DNA of 64,000 bases from Gemmatimonadales bacterium (GTDB taxonomy: Bacteria; Gemmatimonadota; Gemmatimonadetes; Gemmatimonadales; GWC2-71-9), in assembly GCA_046757925.1 (NCBI GenBank), contig JBHHZE010000004.1, positions 3,263-67,262 of the forward strand, in the 5' to 3' direction. Position numbers and translations under genes: made by a program. The notes under the pieces are model-generated. The model did not search any database. It was not told where the DNA came from and worked only from the letters and a program-made list of their open reading frames with translations. This document shows, one piece after another, positions 20,209 through 29,340 of the stretch. The number at the start of each line of letters is the position of its first letter. The first letter of the stretch is position 1.

Positions 20209-20945
20209 CGTGACGAGTCCGTTTCACTCGACTCTGGCCGCTCGCTATTCATCGTCTTGTGCCAACTCTGCATCACGATTTCCACCACTTCCTGGGGGTC
20301 GTCGGTCACCTGGAACAGTGCCAGATCAGCCGGAGATATTTTGTTCTCAGCGCACACGACGTCCCGGAGCCAGTCCACGAGTCCGGCCCAGTACCGGGTT
20401 CCCATCAATATGATAGGGAGGTCACCGATCTTACCCGTCTGCGTCAAGGTCAAGACCTCGAACAGTTCGTCCAGCGTGCCGAATCCACCGGTTGGAAAGA
20501 TGAATGCCGAGGAATACTTGACGAGCATAGTCTTGCGGACGAAGAAGTACCGGAAATGCACCATGCGGTCGACGTATCGATTCGCGCCCTGTTCGTGTGG
20601 CAACTCGATGTTGAGACCGATGGACTGGGCACCTGCCAGTCGCGCTCCGCTGTTCGCAGCTTCCATGATTCCGCCGCCGGCGCCGGTGATGATCGCAAAA
20701 TTGCGCTCTCCCAAAAGCCGCGCCGTCTCTCTTGTGAGTTCGTACATTGGATCGTCCCTAGGGGCCCGGGCCGAACCGAAAAAGGTGACCGCCGAGCGGA
20801 CGTCAGCCAGCTCGTCGAAGCCCTCGACAAACTCGCCGAGGATCCGCAAGGTGCGCCAAGGATCGGTGTGAACGAAATCGCGCCGCTCATCTAAACGTGG
20901 TGCTCGTAGGAGTTGCTCGTCGGCCGTTACGTGGTGCTGTTCCAT
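20205..20945 (-). CDS. LOG family nucleotide phosphoribohydrolase (TIGR00730-like)
   Basis: [36 protein letters not shown] and GGFGTLDE motifs; start MEQHH. Confidence 0.93.
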   Translation of the reverse strand: MEQHHVTADEQLLRAPRLDERRDFVHTDPWRTLRILGEFVEGFDELADVRSAVTFFGSARAPRDDPMYELTRETARLLGERNFAIITGAGGGIMEAANSGARLAGAQSIGLNIELPHEQGANRYVDRMVHFRYFFVRKTMLVKYSSAFIFPTGGFGTLDELFEVLTLTQTGKIGDLPIILMGTRYWAGLVDWLRDVVCAENKISPADLALFQVTDDPQEVVEIVMQSWHKTMNSERPESSETDSSR

Positions 20946-20952
20946 TGCGCTG

Positions 20953-22107
20953 TCATCCCTTGCCGAGGATGCTGATCGCTGCGGCATTATCGTCCTTCAA
21001 GTTGTAAAAATATGGAGAGAGACGAACATGGCCCGGCCGTGCATCTGCTATCACCTTTCCCGCAGCAAGAGCCCGAACCTGAGCGTGGGGATCGGACGAC
21101 GGGATCATCACTATGGCACTGCGTTTCGCCGAATCGTCCACGGTGCTGGGAGTCAAACCTGCGGCCCGGGCACGGTCGATCAAGTCGTCGGTCAACTCGG
21201 TAACAACGCGACGGACCGCCGGCACCCCGATCTCCTTTAGTATCTCCAGGCCTGCAAGTTGGGCATGGACTGCGGCAAGAGAGGGGGTCCCTTGCTCGAA
21301 CCTCCGCGCATCCTCATGCAAGGTGAGTGACCGGATATCGAAATCGAACTGATTGCGGTGGGCAAACCAACCGGTCACACTGGGTGCGAGTTGCGCGATC
21401 AGTTCGTCACGGACATACAGAAAGGCGATTCCTGGTCCACCCAACAACCACTTTAGACCACCTGCCGCCAGGAAATCCACTTCAGCAAGGTGGGCGTCTA
21501 CCGGAAGTTGGCCGACACTCTGGTAGGCATCGATGAAGCAGAGTGCTCCCTTGGCGTGTGCTATCGCCGCTACCGCCGCTATGTCCTGAATGGCACCCGT
21601 GGTGAAAAAAACATGGGAGGTCGCCACTAAGGCCGTGCGTTCATCTACTTCGGCAGCAATCGCTTCCACCGGCACCGTCAGTCCGTCCGGACTCCGGATT
21701 ACCACAACTTCCACACCGTCAGCCTGCTTGGCCAGCCACTGATACGCGACAGTGGGGAAATCCAACGACGTGGTAATCACCTTCGGTCGTGATCTCAAGT
21801 CGAGGCAACTCGCCAGCACGGCCGTCGCGGTCGAAACAGAAGGATGCAGGGCAACTTCACACGGCCGTGCCCCGATAACGGCGGCGTATCCCGCCCGCAG
21901 TTCCGCAAGCGCCTCCCACCATACATCGTACCACGCGGACGCTCCACGAGCTTGCCATACATCCAGGAATTCAGCCACCCGCTCTCTGACACGGTTGGAA
22001 ATGGCACCCAGCGAGCAGGAATTCAGGTAGATTTGCTCTTGGAAAACGGGAAACTCCGCTCGGTAGCTAGCCAGCGCGTGTGCCTCGGATGAGCTTGCGA
22101 CAGTCAT
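20953..22107 (-). CDS. Aminotransferase class V PLP-dependent enzyme (kynureninase/cysteine desulfurase-like)
   Basis: IYLNSCSLG, SHVFFTTG, DAYQSVG, GGLKWLLGGPG (PLP Lys), RFEQGT and RLSPYFYN motifs. Confidence 0.9.
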   Translation of the reverse strand: MTVASSSEAHALASYRAEFPVFQEQIYLNSCSLGAISNRVRERVAEFLDVWQARGASAWYDVWWEALAELRAGYAAVIGARPCEVALHPSVSTATAVLASCLDLRSRPKVITTSLDFPTVAYQWLAKQADGVEVVVIRSPDGLTVPVEAIAAEVDERTALVATSHVFFTTGAIQDIAAVAAIAHAKGALCFIDAYQSVGQLPVDAHLAEVDFLAAGGLKWLLGGPGIAFLYVRDELIAQLAPSVTGWFAHRNQFDFDIRSLTLHEDARRFEQGTPSLAAVHAQLAGLEILKEIGVPAVRRVVTELTDDLIDRARAAGLTPSTVDDSAKRSAIVMIPSSDPHAQVRALAAGKVIADARPGHVRLSPYFYNLKDDNAAAISILGKG

Positions 22108-22154
22108 GACGGCCAATATAAGTGTGTGACGACCATGAAGTCAGAGAGAGCGAC

Positions 22155-22457
22155 ATGCCTCGAGAGGGACCCGTGAAGCGCCCAACCCAGAGAGTCGAGC
22201 GGCAGAGTTGGATCGGGCTCGCCGTAAGACTCACAGCACGGGCGCTTTTCAACCCCCGCGTCGCAGTGGATCTCCTGACGATGGTCTGGGCCTTCAGATC
22301 GAGGAACTGGTATTCAAGACCGCCGTTCCTTCCGTTACCCCCGAAAGAATACACGCGATGGCGGATGCACACTGCTTTCGGTGATCCTGACCGCGTACCG
22401 TCGGTCGAGGATGTTCTTCGCTTCGCACGATGGCGCAGGAACTTGCTGCGCCTGTGA
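22155..22457 (+). CDS. Hypothetical protein (~100 aa); alternative GTG start at 22122
   Basis: Protein-like WYSRPPFLPLPPKEYTRWRMHTAFG segment; overlaps the queG start. Confidence 0.7.
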   Translation: MPREGPVKRPTQRVERQSWIGLAVRLTARALFNPRVAVDLLTMVWAFRSRNWYSRPPFLPLPPKEYTRWRMHTAFGDPDRVPSVEDVLRFARWRRNLLRL

Positions 22458-23413
22458 CAGCCAAGCGGTGGACGGAGATCGTCAAGGCCAAGGCGATCGA
22501 ACTGGGCTTCGACTCTGCGGGCATTACTAACTTAGAACCGGTGCCCCACCGAAACGCACTCAGACGTTGGCTCGAGCAGGGTATGGCGGGCACCATGGGA
22601 TACATGCATCGTCAGGCCAGACGTCGAATGGAACCCAAGAGAATCGTCCCGGAAGCTCTCTATGCGGTAGTAGTCACTAAGAACTACTTCAACCCAGACC
22701 CTCCACCTATTGAAGGCTGCGGGCGCGTAGCGAAGTACGCGCGAGGCCGGGACTACCACGATGCGCTGGCTGCACCCCTGGCCAAACTCGCCGCAGCCAT
22801 CACAGCGCTCGGGGACGGAAGGACCGTAGCGCGATACTACGTAGATGCCGGGCCAGTGCCGGAACGGGAACTGGCTCAGCGGGCGGGATTGGGCTGGATC
22901 GGCAAGAACACCATGCTGATCGACCCCGTACGAGGCTCATATACGTTCCTCGCCACCATCCTAACCAATCTATCGCTCCTGCCGGACATGCCGTTCGAGG
23001 CCGATCGCTGCGGTACCTGCCGTAGGTGTTTGGACGCCTGCCCAACCAATGCGTTCCCAGAAGAACGTGTGCTGGATAGCCGCCGCTGTATTTCTTATCT
23101 CACAATAGAGCATCGCGGCGACATTGCTGAAGAGCTGCACGAAGCCATGGGATCGTGGATCTTTGGATGCGATGTGTGCCAGGATGTCTGCCCCTGGAAC
23201 GAGAAGTTCGCCGTCCCAACTGACGACCCGGGGCTGGAGATCGAGAGATCGAGGGCGTACGAGGATCTGGATGCCCTTGGGAATATGACTGACGCTGCGT
23301 TTGAGCTACGTTTTGGCACGACGGCATTGTCACGGCCGGGCGCCGCCGGACTTCGTCGCAACGCCCAGGTTGCAGCGCGGAACCGTGCTATAGCCCAGTC
23401 GGGTGGTCGATAA
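22430..23413 (+). CDS. queG: tRNA epoxyqueuosine(34) reductase QueG
   Basis: YARGRDYH, ERELAQRAGLGWIGKN, CGTCRRCLDACPT, CISYLTIE and FGCDVCQDVCPWN motifs. Confidence 0.96.
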   Translation: MAQELAAPVTAKRWTEIVKAKAIELGFDSAGITNLEPVPHRNALRRWLEQGMAGTMGYMHRQARRRMEPKRIVPEALYAVVVTKNYFNPDPPPIEGCGRVAKYARGRDYHDALAAPLAKLAAAITALGDGRTVARYYVDAGPVPERELAQRAGLGWIGKNTMLIDPVRGSYTFLATILTNLSLLPDMPFEADRCGTCRRCLDACPTNAFPEERVLDSRRCISYLTIEHRGDIAEELHEAMGSWIFGCDVCQDVCPWNEKFAVPTDDPGLEIERSRAYEDLDALGNMTDAAFELRFGTTALSRPGAAGLRRNAQVAARNRAIAQSGGR

Positions 23414-24146
23414 ACTCCCAGGGCAACCGGAACTTGCTGTCCAGGTGCTCCGCGAGAGCTTTCACACCGACTGTTTCTGTGGCATAGTGGCCGGCGTAAA
23501 CCACATTGATATTCCATTCTTCCGCATCGAAATACGTATGATGGGCACCCTCACCTGTCAGGAGCGTGTCGACGCCCGCTTGGGCCGCAACTCGGATCAT
23601 GCCTCCGCCTGCACCTGTGATTATACCAAGCCGACCGACCCGCTCAGGTCCGGCCGGAATCAGCATCGGACGTGTGTCGAGAAGGCTGGCCACAAGGCTC
23701 ACCAATTCGCCGCGAGGTAAGTCGAGAACACCCGCCACACCGAGTGACACGCCGTGATAGTCACCGAACGGAGTGGGGTCAGCTAGACACAACAGGCGGC
23801 CTAGCACCGCATTGTTGCCGACCTCAGGATGAACGTCGAGAGGAATGTGTGCGGAGTAAAGTGAGATTCCGCCGTTGATGAGGGAACGAACCCGACTGCC
23901 ATGCCTGCCGGCAAGGGGTTCTACGCCCCCCCAAAAAATACCGTGGTGGACGATGAGCAGATTTGCTTCCCGGTCGGCTGCAGCATCAATGGTGGCCTGG
24001 CAACCGTCAACCGCCACCGCGATCCTCGCCACCGGCCCGGGCACCTCAACTTGCAGGCCGTTGACCGCGTTGGGCTCGTCGGGCACTTCTGCGACGCGGA
24101 GATACCCATCCAGGTAGTCCACCAACTCGCTCAGGTCGATACCCAC
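23388..24146 (-). CDS. Nif3/DUF34 dinuclear metal centre protein
   Basis: NGLQV, IVHHGIFW, HIPLDVHPEVGNN, LTGE and GHYATE motifs. Confidence 0.95.
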   Translation of the reverse strand: MGIDLSELVDYLDGYLRVAEVPDEPNAVNGLQVEVPGPVARIAVAVDGCQATIDAAADREANLLIVHHGIFWGGVEPLAGRHGSRVRSLINGGISLYSAHIPLDVHPEVGNNAVLGRLLCLADPTPFGDYHGVSLGVAGVLDLPRGELVSLVASLLDTRPMLIPAGPERVGRLGIITGAGGGMIRVAAQAGVDTLLTGEGAHHTYFDAEEWNINVVYAGHYATETVGVKALAEHLDSKFRLPWEFIDHPTGL

Positions 24147-24262
24147 ACCATCCTCCAGATGTAATAGTGCATAGCCACTGAGAAGACACTGACGTTACAG
24201 TGATGGCTAGTTTTGGGGTGGTGTATCGTAGCCGCGCTCACATTACGGGACGAAGAGCGTTC

Positions 24263-24703
24263 CTACGCGACCGAGTGTTCACCCACGCGAGGAGCCACTG
24301 GGGTACCGCGACGGCTCGATTGGAGATCTCCCATGTGAATGTTGCCGTTCACTTCCCCACCTTCGTGCACCAGTATGCGCTTGGTCGTTATGTCACCGTG
24401 TACCGTTGCAGTCGATTGGACCTCTACTCGCTCGTCCGCCTGAATGCTCCCGGTCACCGTGCCACCCACGATCGCCTCTCTCGTTTGGATATCCCCTTTG
24501 ACCGCACCGTCCTTGGAGACGAGCAGCTGCTGCTGGGCCCTTATGTTACCCTCCACGACCCCGTCGATCTTCACCACGCCGTCAGTTCTCAATTCACCAA
24601 TCACGGTGAGGTCGCCACCTATGATCGAAAGACCCTTCTCCCTTCCAGATCTCGGCTGTGTCTCACTCACTTCCTGAGTCTCCCCCGAGGAGAAAATCGC
24701 CAT
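24263..24703 (-). CDS. Bactofilin (polymer-forming cytoskeletal protein, CcmA-like)
   Basis: Beta-helix repeats SIIGGDLTVIGEL...KIDGVVEGNI...GAVKGDI...VHGDI...GGEVNGNI. Confidence 0.95.
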   Translation of the reverse strand: MAIFSSGETQEVSETQPRSGREKGLSIIGGDLTVIGELRTDGVVKIDGVVEGNIRAQQQLLVSKDGAVKGDIQTREAIVGGTVTGSIQADERVEVQSTATVHGDITTKRILVHEGGEVNGNIHMGDLQSSRRGTPVAPRVGEHSVA

Positions 24704-25499
24704 CGTTGCACTCCCGCCTTGCGTTCGAACTCGGATCTACAGATACGCCATTGTGCCGCACCTCAAAGTGAAGGTGCGGAGCCGTCGAATGTCCCGTGGA
24801 TCCCGACAGTGCCACCACCTGACCTGTCGCCACCGCATCTCCCTCGGTCACGAGCAGCCTGGAGGCGTGTCCATACATGCTAGTGTAGCCCCCTGGATGG
24901 CTCAACTCAATGAAGAGACCGTATTCGGGGTCCTTGCCCGCTCTCCGCACCACACCACCACCGGCGGCCCGGACCGGCGTTCCCTTTGCCACAGCGATAT
25001 CCACGCCGGCGTGGACCTCGCTCGAACTTCCGGCGCCCACCTGGCCACGCGTAATTACCCCGGTATGATCGAGGGGCCAGTGGGTCGGGAGTGACGCGCC
25101 GGGCTCGTGGCATCTCATGGCGGCGGGGGTTCGCGCCACCAGGGGCCGAGCTGTCGGCAGCGAGTCGTCGCCACTCGATAGCTCAGGCACTATGTCTACC
25201 CCCAGCATCGTTCGGATCTGACCATAACGAGCTTCGACATAATCGAGGTTCGACGCCAGTTCGCGCACCTGCTGATTCTCCGCGGACAGTCGCGCCACCT
25301 CCTTGGTGAGATCCGGCACGCGGGCCGCTGTCTTCAAAACGGGAGCGTACAGAACCGCCGCCAAAACTATCACTCCTGCCAGTACCAACGACACCGTGGC
25401 TGCAGCGCGGAATAGCCACACGGGAAGCGTAAAGGAACGAGAGTTTAGATCTCCTTCCTTGTGAATCATTATGGTAAGCCGCTTGTAGTGCTTGCTCAT
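24663..25499 (-). CDS. M23 family metallopeptidase with N-terminal TM and coiled coil
   Basis: HAGVD, YGH and STAPHLHFEVR motifs; TM segment near the N terminus. Confidence 0.93.
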   Translation of the reverse strand: MSKHYKRLTIMIHKEGDLNSRSFTLPVWLFRAAATVSLVLAGVIVLAAVLYAPVLKTAARVPDLTKEVARLSAENQQVRELASNLDYVEARYGQIRTMLGVDIVPELSSGDDSLPTARPLVARTPAAMRCHEPGASLPTHWPLDHTGVITRGQVGAGSSSEVHAGVDIAVAKGTPVRAAGGGVVRRAGKDPEYGLFIELSHPGGYTSMYGHASRLLVTEGDAVATGQVVALSGSTGHSTAPHLHFEVRHNGVSVDPSSNARRECNDGDFLLGGDSGSE

Positions 25500-26386
25500 C
25501 CGTGGAATTGCCTGCCCAGGATCAGCTCGAGCAAGCGGGCAAGATCGTCGTTCGAATAGAAGCTCAGAGAGATCCGGCCGCCATTCTTCCCTCTGGAGCT
25601 GACGAACACGTCGGTCTTCAGGAAATCGCGCAAGGTGTCTTCGATGCGCCGCACCTCGGGCGATGTCTGGCGCGCGTTCTTGTCCTTCCGGGGCCGACGC
25701 TTGGGCACATGATCTCCCCGTGCACGTGACTCCGTATCTCGCACTGACAGTCCTTGCTCTACCACAATTCGGGCTAGTTGCTCCATCTCCTGCGAACTAC
25801 CTAGCTGCAGTAGGGCGCGTGCATGTCCAGAATTCAGTTCTCCCTGGTGGAGAAGCTCTTGCACCATTCGCGGTAGCTTGAGCAGTCTGAGTGCGTTTGC
25901 TACGGTGGAACGGTCACGTCCAACGAGATCAGCAATGTTTTGCTGTGACACACTGAACTCGTCGACGAGACGCTTGTAACCCTGGGCTTCGTCTATCGGA
26001 GAGAGGGCATCCCGCTGCAGGTTTTCTACCAGAGCCAGAGTCAGTAGAGTGCGGTCATCGACTTCCCGTACGACTGCGCCGATCTCGTTCCATCCGAGTT
26101 CGCGCGCTGCGCGCCAGCGTCGCTCTCCGGCTATCAGTTCGTAGGTACCATTCTCTTTGTCGCGCAACACAATCGGTTGCAACAATCCAGATGCCTTGAG
26201 AGAACCGGCCAACTCAGTGATGGCGACCTGGTTGAAGGACTGGCGTGGTTGGTACGGATTGGGTCGGATCGAGTCGACCGGTACCTGCTGCAGCATTCCG
26301 GCTCGACGGGCTTCGGCAGTCGAAGTGGGCCCCAATAGGGCTTCCAGACCTCTGCCGAGGCGTTTGCTTTTTCCGCCGGTCGTCAT
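25496..26386 (-). CDS. parB: Chromosome partitioning protein ParB (Spo0J)
   Basis: [31 protein letters not shown] and ENLQR motifs; [14 protein letters not shown]. Confidence 0.97.
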   Translation of the reverse strand: MTTGGKSKRLGRGLEALLGPTSTAEARRAGMLQQVPVDSIRPNPYQPRQSFNQVAITELAGSLKASGLLQPIVLRDKENGTYELIAGERRWRAARELGWNEIGAVVREVDDRTLLTLALVENLQRDALSPIDEAQGYKRLVDEFSVSQQNIADLVGRDRSTVANALRLLKLPRMVQELLHQGELNSGHARALLQLGSSQEMEQLARIVVEQGLSVRDTESRARGDHVPKRRPRKDKNARQTSPEVRRIEDTLRDFLKTDVFVSSRGKNGGRISLSFYSNDDLARLLELILGRQFHG

Positions 26387-27195
26387 GCCGGACGCTTCAC
26401 GGTGGCTGGCGAGTACTTCGCGGATCCCGCATTCACACGCCGGATCACCTCCTGAGCGAGAGCTAAGTATGCCTTCGCACCGTTGGACCGCACGTCGTAC
26501 ATGAGAATCGGTTTGCCGAAGCTCGGTGCTTCCGCCAATCGCACGTTTCGCGAGATGACCGTCTGGTATACTCGTGTCCCGAAGTACTCGCGCGCCTCGA
26601 CACCCACCTGTTTGGCTAGGTTGAGACGCGGGTCGAACATCGTTAGGAGTACTCCCTCAATAGCGAGCGCTGGATTGAAATTCTGTTGCACCAGGTTGAT
26701 GGTATTGAGCAGCTGGGAGAGCCCTTCCAGTGCGTAGTACTCGCACTGAATAGGGATCAAGACGGAATCGGCGGCGGCCAGCATGTTGAGGGTCAAGATT
26801 CCCAACGACGGAGGACAGTCAATTATCACGAACTCGTACTGGTGTCGTATCGGAGCGAGCGCTCTACGCATCACGGCCTCTCGGCTCGTTCGATTCACGA
26901 GCTCGATTTCAGCACCGACCAGATCAGCGGTCGAGGGAGCCACGTCAAGCTGGGGGAATGCGACACCGCGGTGGACGACGTCCTCGAGTGAGGCCTCGTT
27001 CATCATGATTTCGTACAGTGAGTGAGGAGTGTCGCCAGCGTCGAGACCTATGCCACTCGTGGCATTCGCCTGGGGATCTGCGTCAATCAACAACGTATGC
27101 CGCTCGGCCACGGCGAGAGAGGCAGACAGATTGACCGCCGTCGTGGTCTTGCCCACTCCACCCTTCTGATTGGCGATCGCTATCACTCTACTCAT
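26383..27195 (-). CDS. parA: Chromosome partitioning ATPase ParA (Soj)
   Basis: [35 protein letters not shown] and [12 protein letters not shown] motifs. Confidence 0.97.
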   Translation of the reverse strand: MSRVIAIANQKGGVGKTTTAVNLSASLAVAERHTLLIDADPQANATSGIGLDAGDTPHSLYEIMMNEASLEDVVHRGVAFPQLDVAPSTADLVGAEIELVNRTSREAVMRRALAPIRHQYEFVIIDCPPSLGILTLNMLAAADSVLIPIQCEYYALEGLSQLLNTINLVQQNFNPALAIEGVLLTMFDPRLNLAKQVGVEAREYFGTRVYQTVISRNVRLAEAPSFGKPILMYDVRSNGAKAYLALAQEVIRRVNAGSAKYSPATVKRPA

Positions 27196-27278
27196 GAAAA
27201 CCCGTAATCCCTTATCAAAAAAAGACTTACAGCAATACCACGGGACGCTAAACGGGCGGACGGCATCGCCGGAAGCGG

Positions 27279-27307
27279 AATATATCAGTAACGCGGAGGG
27301 CGGTAAA
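27279..27307 (-). promoter_or_regulatory. sigma70-type promoter for parAB
   Basis: Minus strand TTTACC-17 bp-TATATT, with an extended -10 (TGA TATATT). Confidence 0.6.
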
Positions 27308-27333
27308 GGAAAGCTGGGCTAACTCTCGATCCC

Positions 27334-27349
27334 TGTTTCACGTGAAACG
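27334..27349. promoter_or_regulatory. parS centromere-like site
   Basis: TGTTTCACGTGAAACG is a 15/16 match to consensus TGTTTCACGTGAAACA; it lies just upstream of parAB. Confidence 0.92.
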
Positions 27350-27366
27350 CTGTCGAATCCTCACTT

Positions 27367-29238
27367 CTACGCCACTTCCTTTCCCAGTCTCACTACGGCA
27401 AGAACCAGGTTATGGAGGTCGCTGGGTGATACACCGGGAATCCGGCCGGCTTGCGCCAAAGATTCAGGCCGTACGCGTTCGAGTTTTTCGCGTGCTTCGG
27501 TACTTATGTTCTGAATACCGCGGTAGTCCAACTCAAGCGGAAGCTCGAAGTTAGCCATTTCCAGCAACTTACGAACCGCTTCGCGCTCGCGCTCCAGATA
27601 ACCCGCGTACTTGAGCTCTATCTCCACCGACGTCCAGGCATCTTCAGAGAACGATTGACTCCGTTGGCTACCAACCCCGAACAGTTCTCGTAACCTCAGT
27701 GCGGGGCGGCGCACCAGATCTGAAATGTTCTGAGACTCGCCGACGGGATTCTCCCCAGCCGGCGTAAGCGCCTCATTCGCCGCTTCCGCCGAAATCCTCG
27801 TCCGCCGTGCCAATTCCAGCAGCTCGGTGTCCTCCGCGAGCCTGTCGTTCAACACGCGTTCCTCGGCCTCACTCAGCATGCCCAACCGCTGAGCCAATGG
27901 GCCCAGCCGCTTGAGGGCGTTATCCTGCCGCAACAGCAGGCGGAACTCCGCGCACGAGGTAAACAGCCTATAGGGTTCGTCCACGCCGCGCGTCACCAGG
28001 TCATCGATCAGGACGCCGATATACCCGTCCTCTCGGCCCAACACGACCGGCTCCAGGCCTCCCACATGCCGCGCGGCGTTAATCCCGGCCACTAGACCTT
28101 GGCCCGCAGCCTCCTCGTATCCTGTAGTTCCGTTGATCTGCCCGGCAAAGAACAGACCTGCTATGGCTTTGGTCTCAAGCCACGCGGTCAGCTGCTGCGG
28201 TGCATAGTAGTCGTACTCGATCGCGTAACCCGGACGAGTCATGCGTACTCGCTCCAGCCCAGGTACGGCCCGCAGAAACTCGAGCTGTGTCTTGGGGGGA
28301 AGAGAGGTGGACAGCCCATTCACGTAGAGTTCGCTGGTACCCAATCCCTCTGGTTCCAAAAACACTTGGTGCTTCTCCGCATGCGGAAACCGCACCACCT
28401 TATCTTCAATCGATGGGCAATACCTAGGACCCTTTCCGGAGATAGCACCGCCATAGAGCGCAGATTCGTGAAGCTTCCCCGTGATGATCCGCCTGACCGG
28501 CTCCCCCGCCCATGTAATCCAGCACGGCCTCTGGTCCGGACGACGCTCGCGTGCGAATTGAGAGAACCTCCCTTCATCTTCTCCGTCCTGCCTTTCGAGC
28601 AGTGCGAACTCTACGGAACGACCATCAACTCGGGGCGGCGTCCCAGTCTTGAATCGACCGACGGTGAATCCAAGCGCCTCTAGTTGTTGTGCAATTGCCA
28701 CCGCAGCAGCATCGCCTACTCGTCCCCCCGCGATTCGGGTGGTCGTGCCTCGATGGATGACACCGCGCATGAAAGTGCCGGTCGTAAGCACGACCGCTGC
28801 TGCAGTGATTCTGTGACCATCACATGTTTCCAGTCCGACGACCCGGTCGGCATTTAATATCAGTGACGCGACAGTGTCCTGAAGCAGGTCCAGTCGTTTG
28901 TGCTCCTCGAGGAGCGACCGCACTGCCCGGCGATACAGTCCCCGATCACACTGGGCTCGTGGTGCCCACACTGCCGGACCCTTGGACCGGTTGAGCATGC
29001 GGAATTGTATTGTAGAGCGATCGGCAGCACGTCCCATGATTCCTCCAAGAGCATCCACTTCGCGCACTACCGTACCCTTGGCGATCCCCCCGATGGCAGG
29101 ATTGCATGACATTTGCCCGATCGTTTCTAGGTTCGACGTTATGAGCAGCGTCCGCAATCCGAGTCTCGCGGCGGCGCAGGCCGCCTCTGACCCGGCATGA
29201 CCGCCCCCAACGACTAGTACTTGATATCCGGTATACAT
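27367..29238 (-). CDS. mnmG: tRNA uridine-5-carboxymethylaminomethyl(34) synthesis enzyme MnmG (GidA)
   Basis: GGGHAG, MSCNPAIGG, GPRYCPSIEDK and AGQINGTTGYEEAAGQG motifs. Confidence 0.98.
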   Translation of the reverse strand: MYTGYQVLVVGGGHAGSEAACAAARLGLRTLLITSNLETIGQMSCNPAIGGIAKGTVVREVDALGGIMGRAADRSTIQFRMLNRSKGPAVWAPRAQCDRGLYRRAVRSLLEEHKRLDLLQDTVASLILNADRVVGLETCDGHRITAAAVVLTTGTFMRGVIHRGTTTRIAGGRVGDAAAVAIAQQLEALGFTVGRFKTGTPPRVDGRSVEFALLERQDGEDEGRFSQFARERRPDQRPCWITWAGEPVRRIITGKLHESALYGGAISGKGPRYCPSIEDKVVRFPHAEKHQVFLEPEGLGTSELYVNGLSTSLPPKTQLEFLRAVPGLERVRMTRPGYAIEYDYYAPQQLTAWLETKAIAGLFFAGQINGTTGYEEAAGQGLVAGINAARHVGGLEPVVLGREDGYIGVLIDDLVTRGVDEPYRLFTSCAEFRLLLRQDNALKRLGPLAQRLGMLSEAEERVLNDRLAEDTELLELARRTRISAEAANEALTPAGENPVGESQNISDLVRRPALRLRELFGVGSQRSQSFSEDAWTSVEIELKYAGYLEREREAVRKLLEMANFELPLELDYRGIQNISTEAREKLERVRPESLAQAGRIPGVSPSDLHNLVLAVVRLGKEVA

Positions 29239-29340
29239 GAGGAGTTGTGGTATGGAAGATACAACGCCGCCCCGCAGGGCGAAGCAACAACAAACTCCGT
29301 CGCCTGGACGGATCTCTATTACACTAGATAGACTTCTTCC

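Noticed and set aside
22430-24146. Nif3 as a GTP cyclohydrolase feeding queuosine synthesis next to queG
   Set aside because: The genes are convergent and in different operons, and the cyclohydrolase annotation of DUF34 is disputed.
27196-27366. Replication origin near mnmG/parAB
   Set aside because: No DnaA-box cluster or AT-rich unwinding element was seen.
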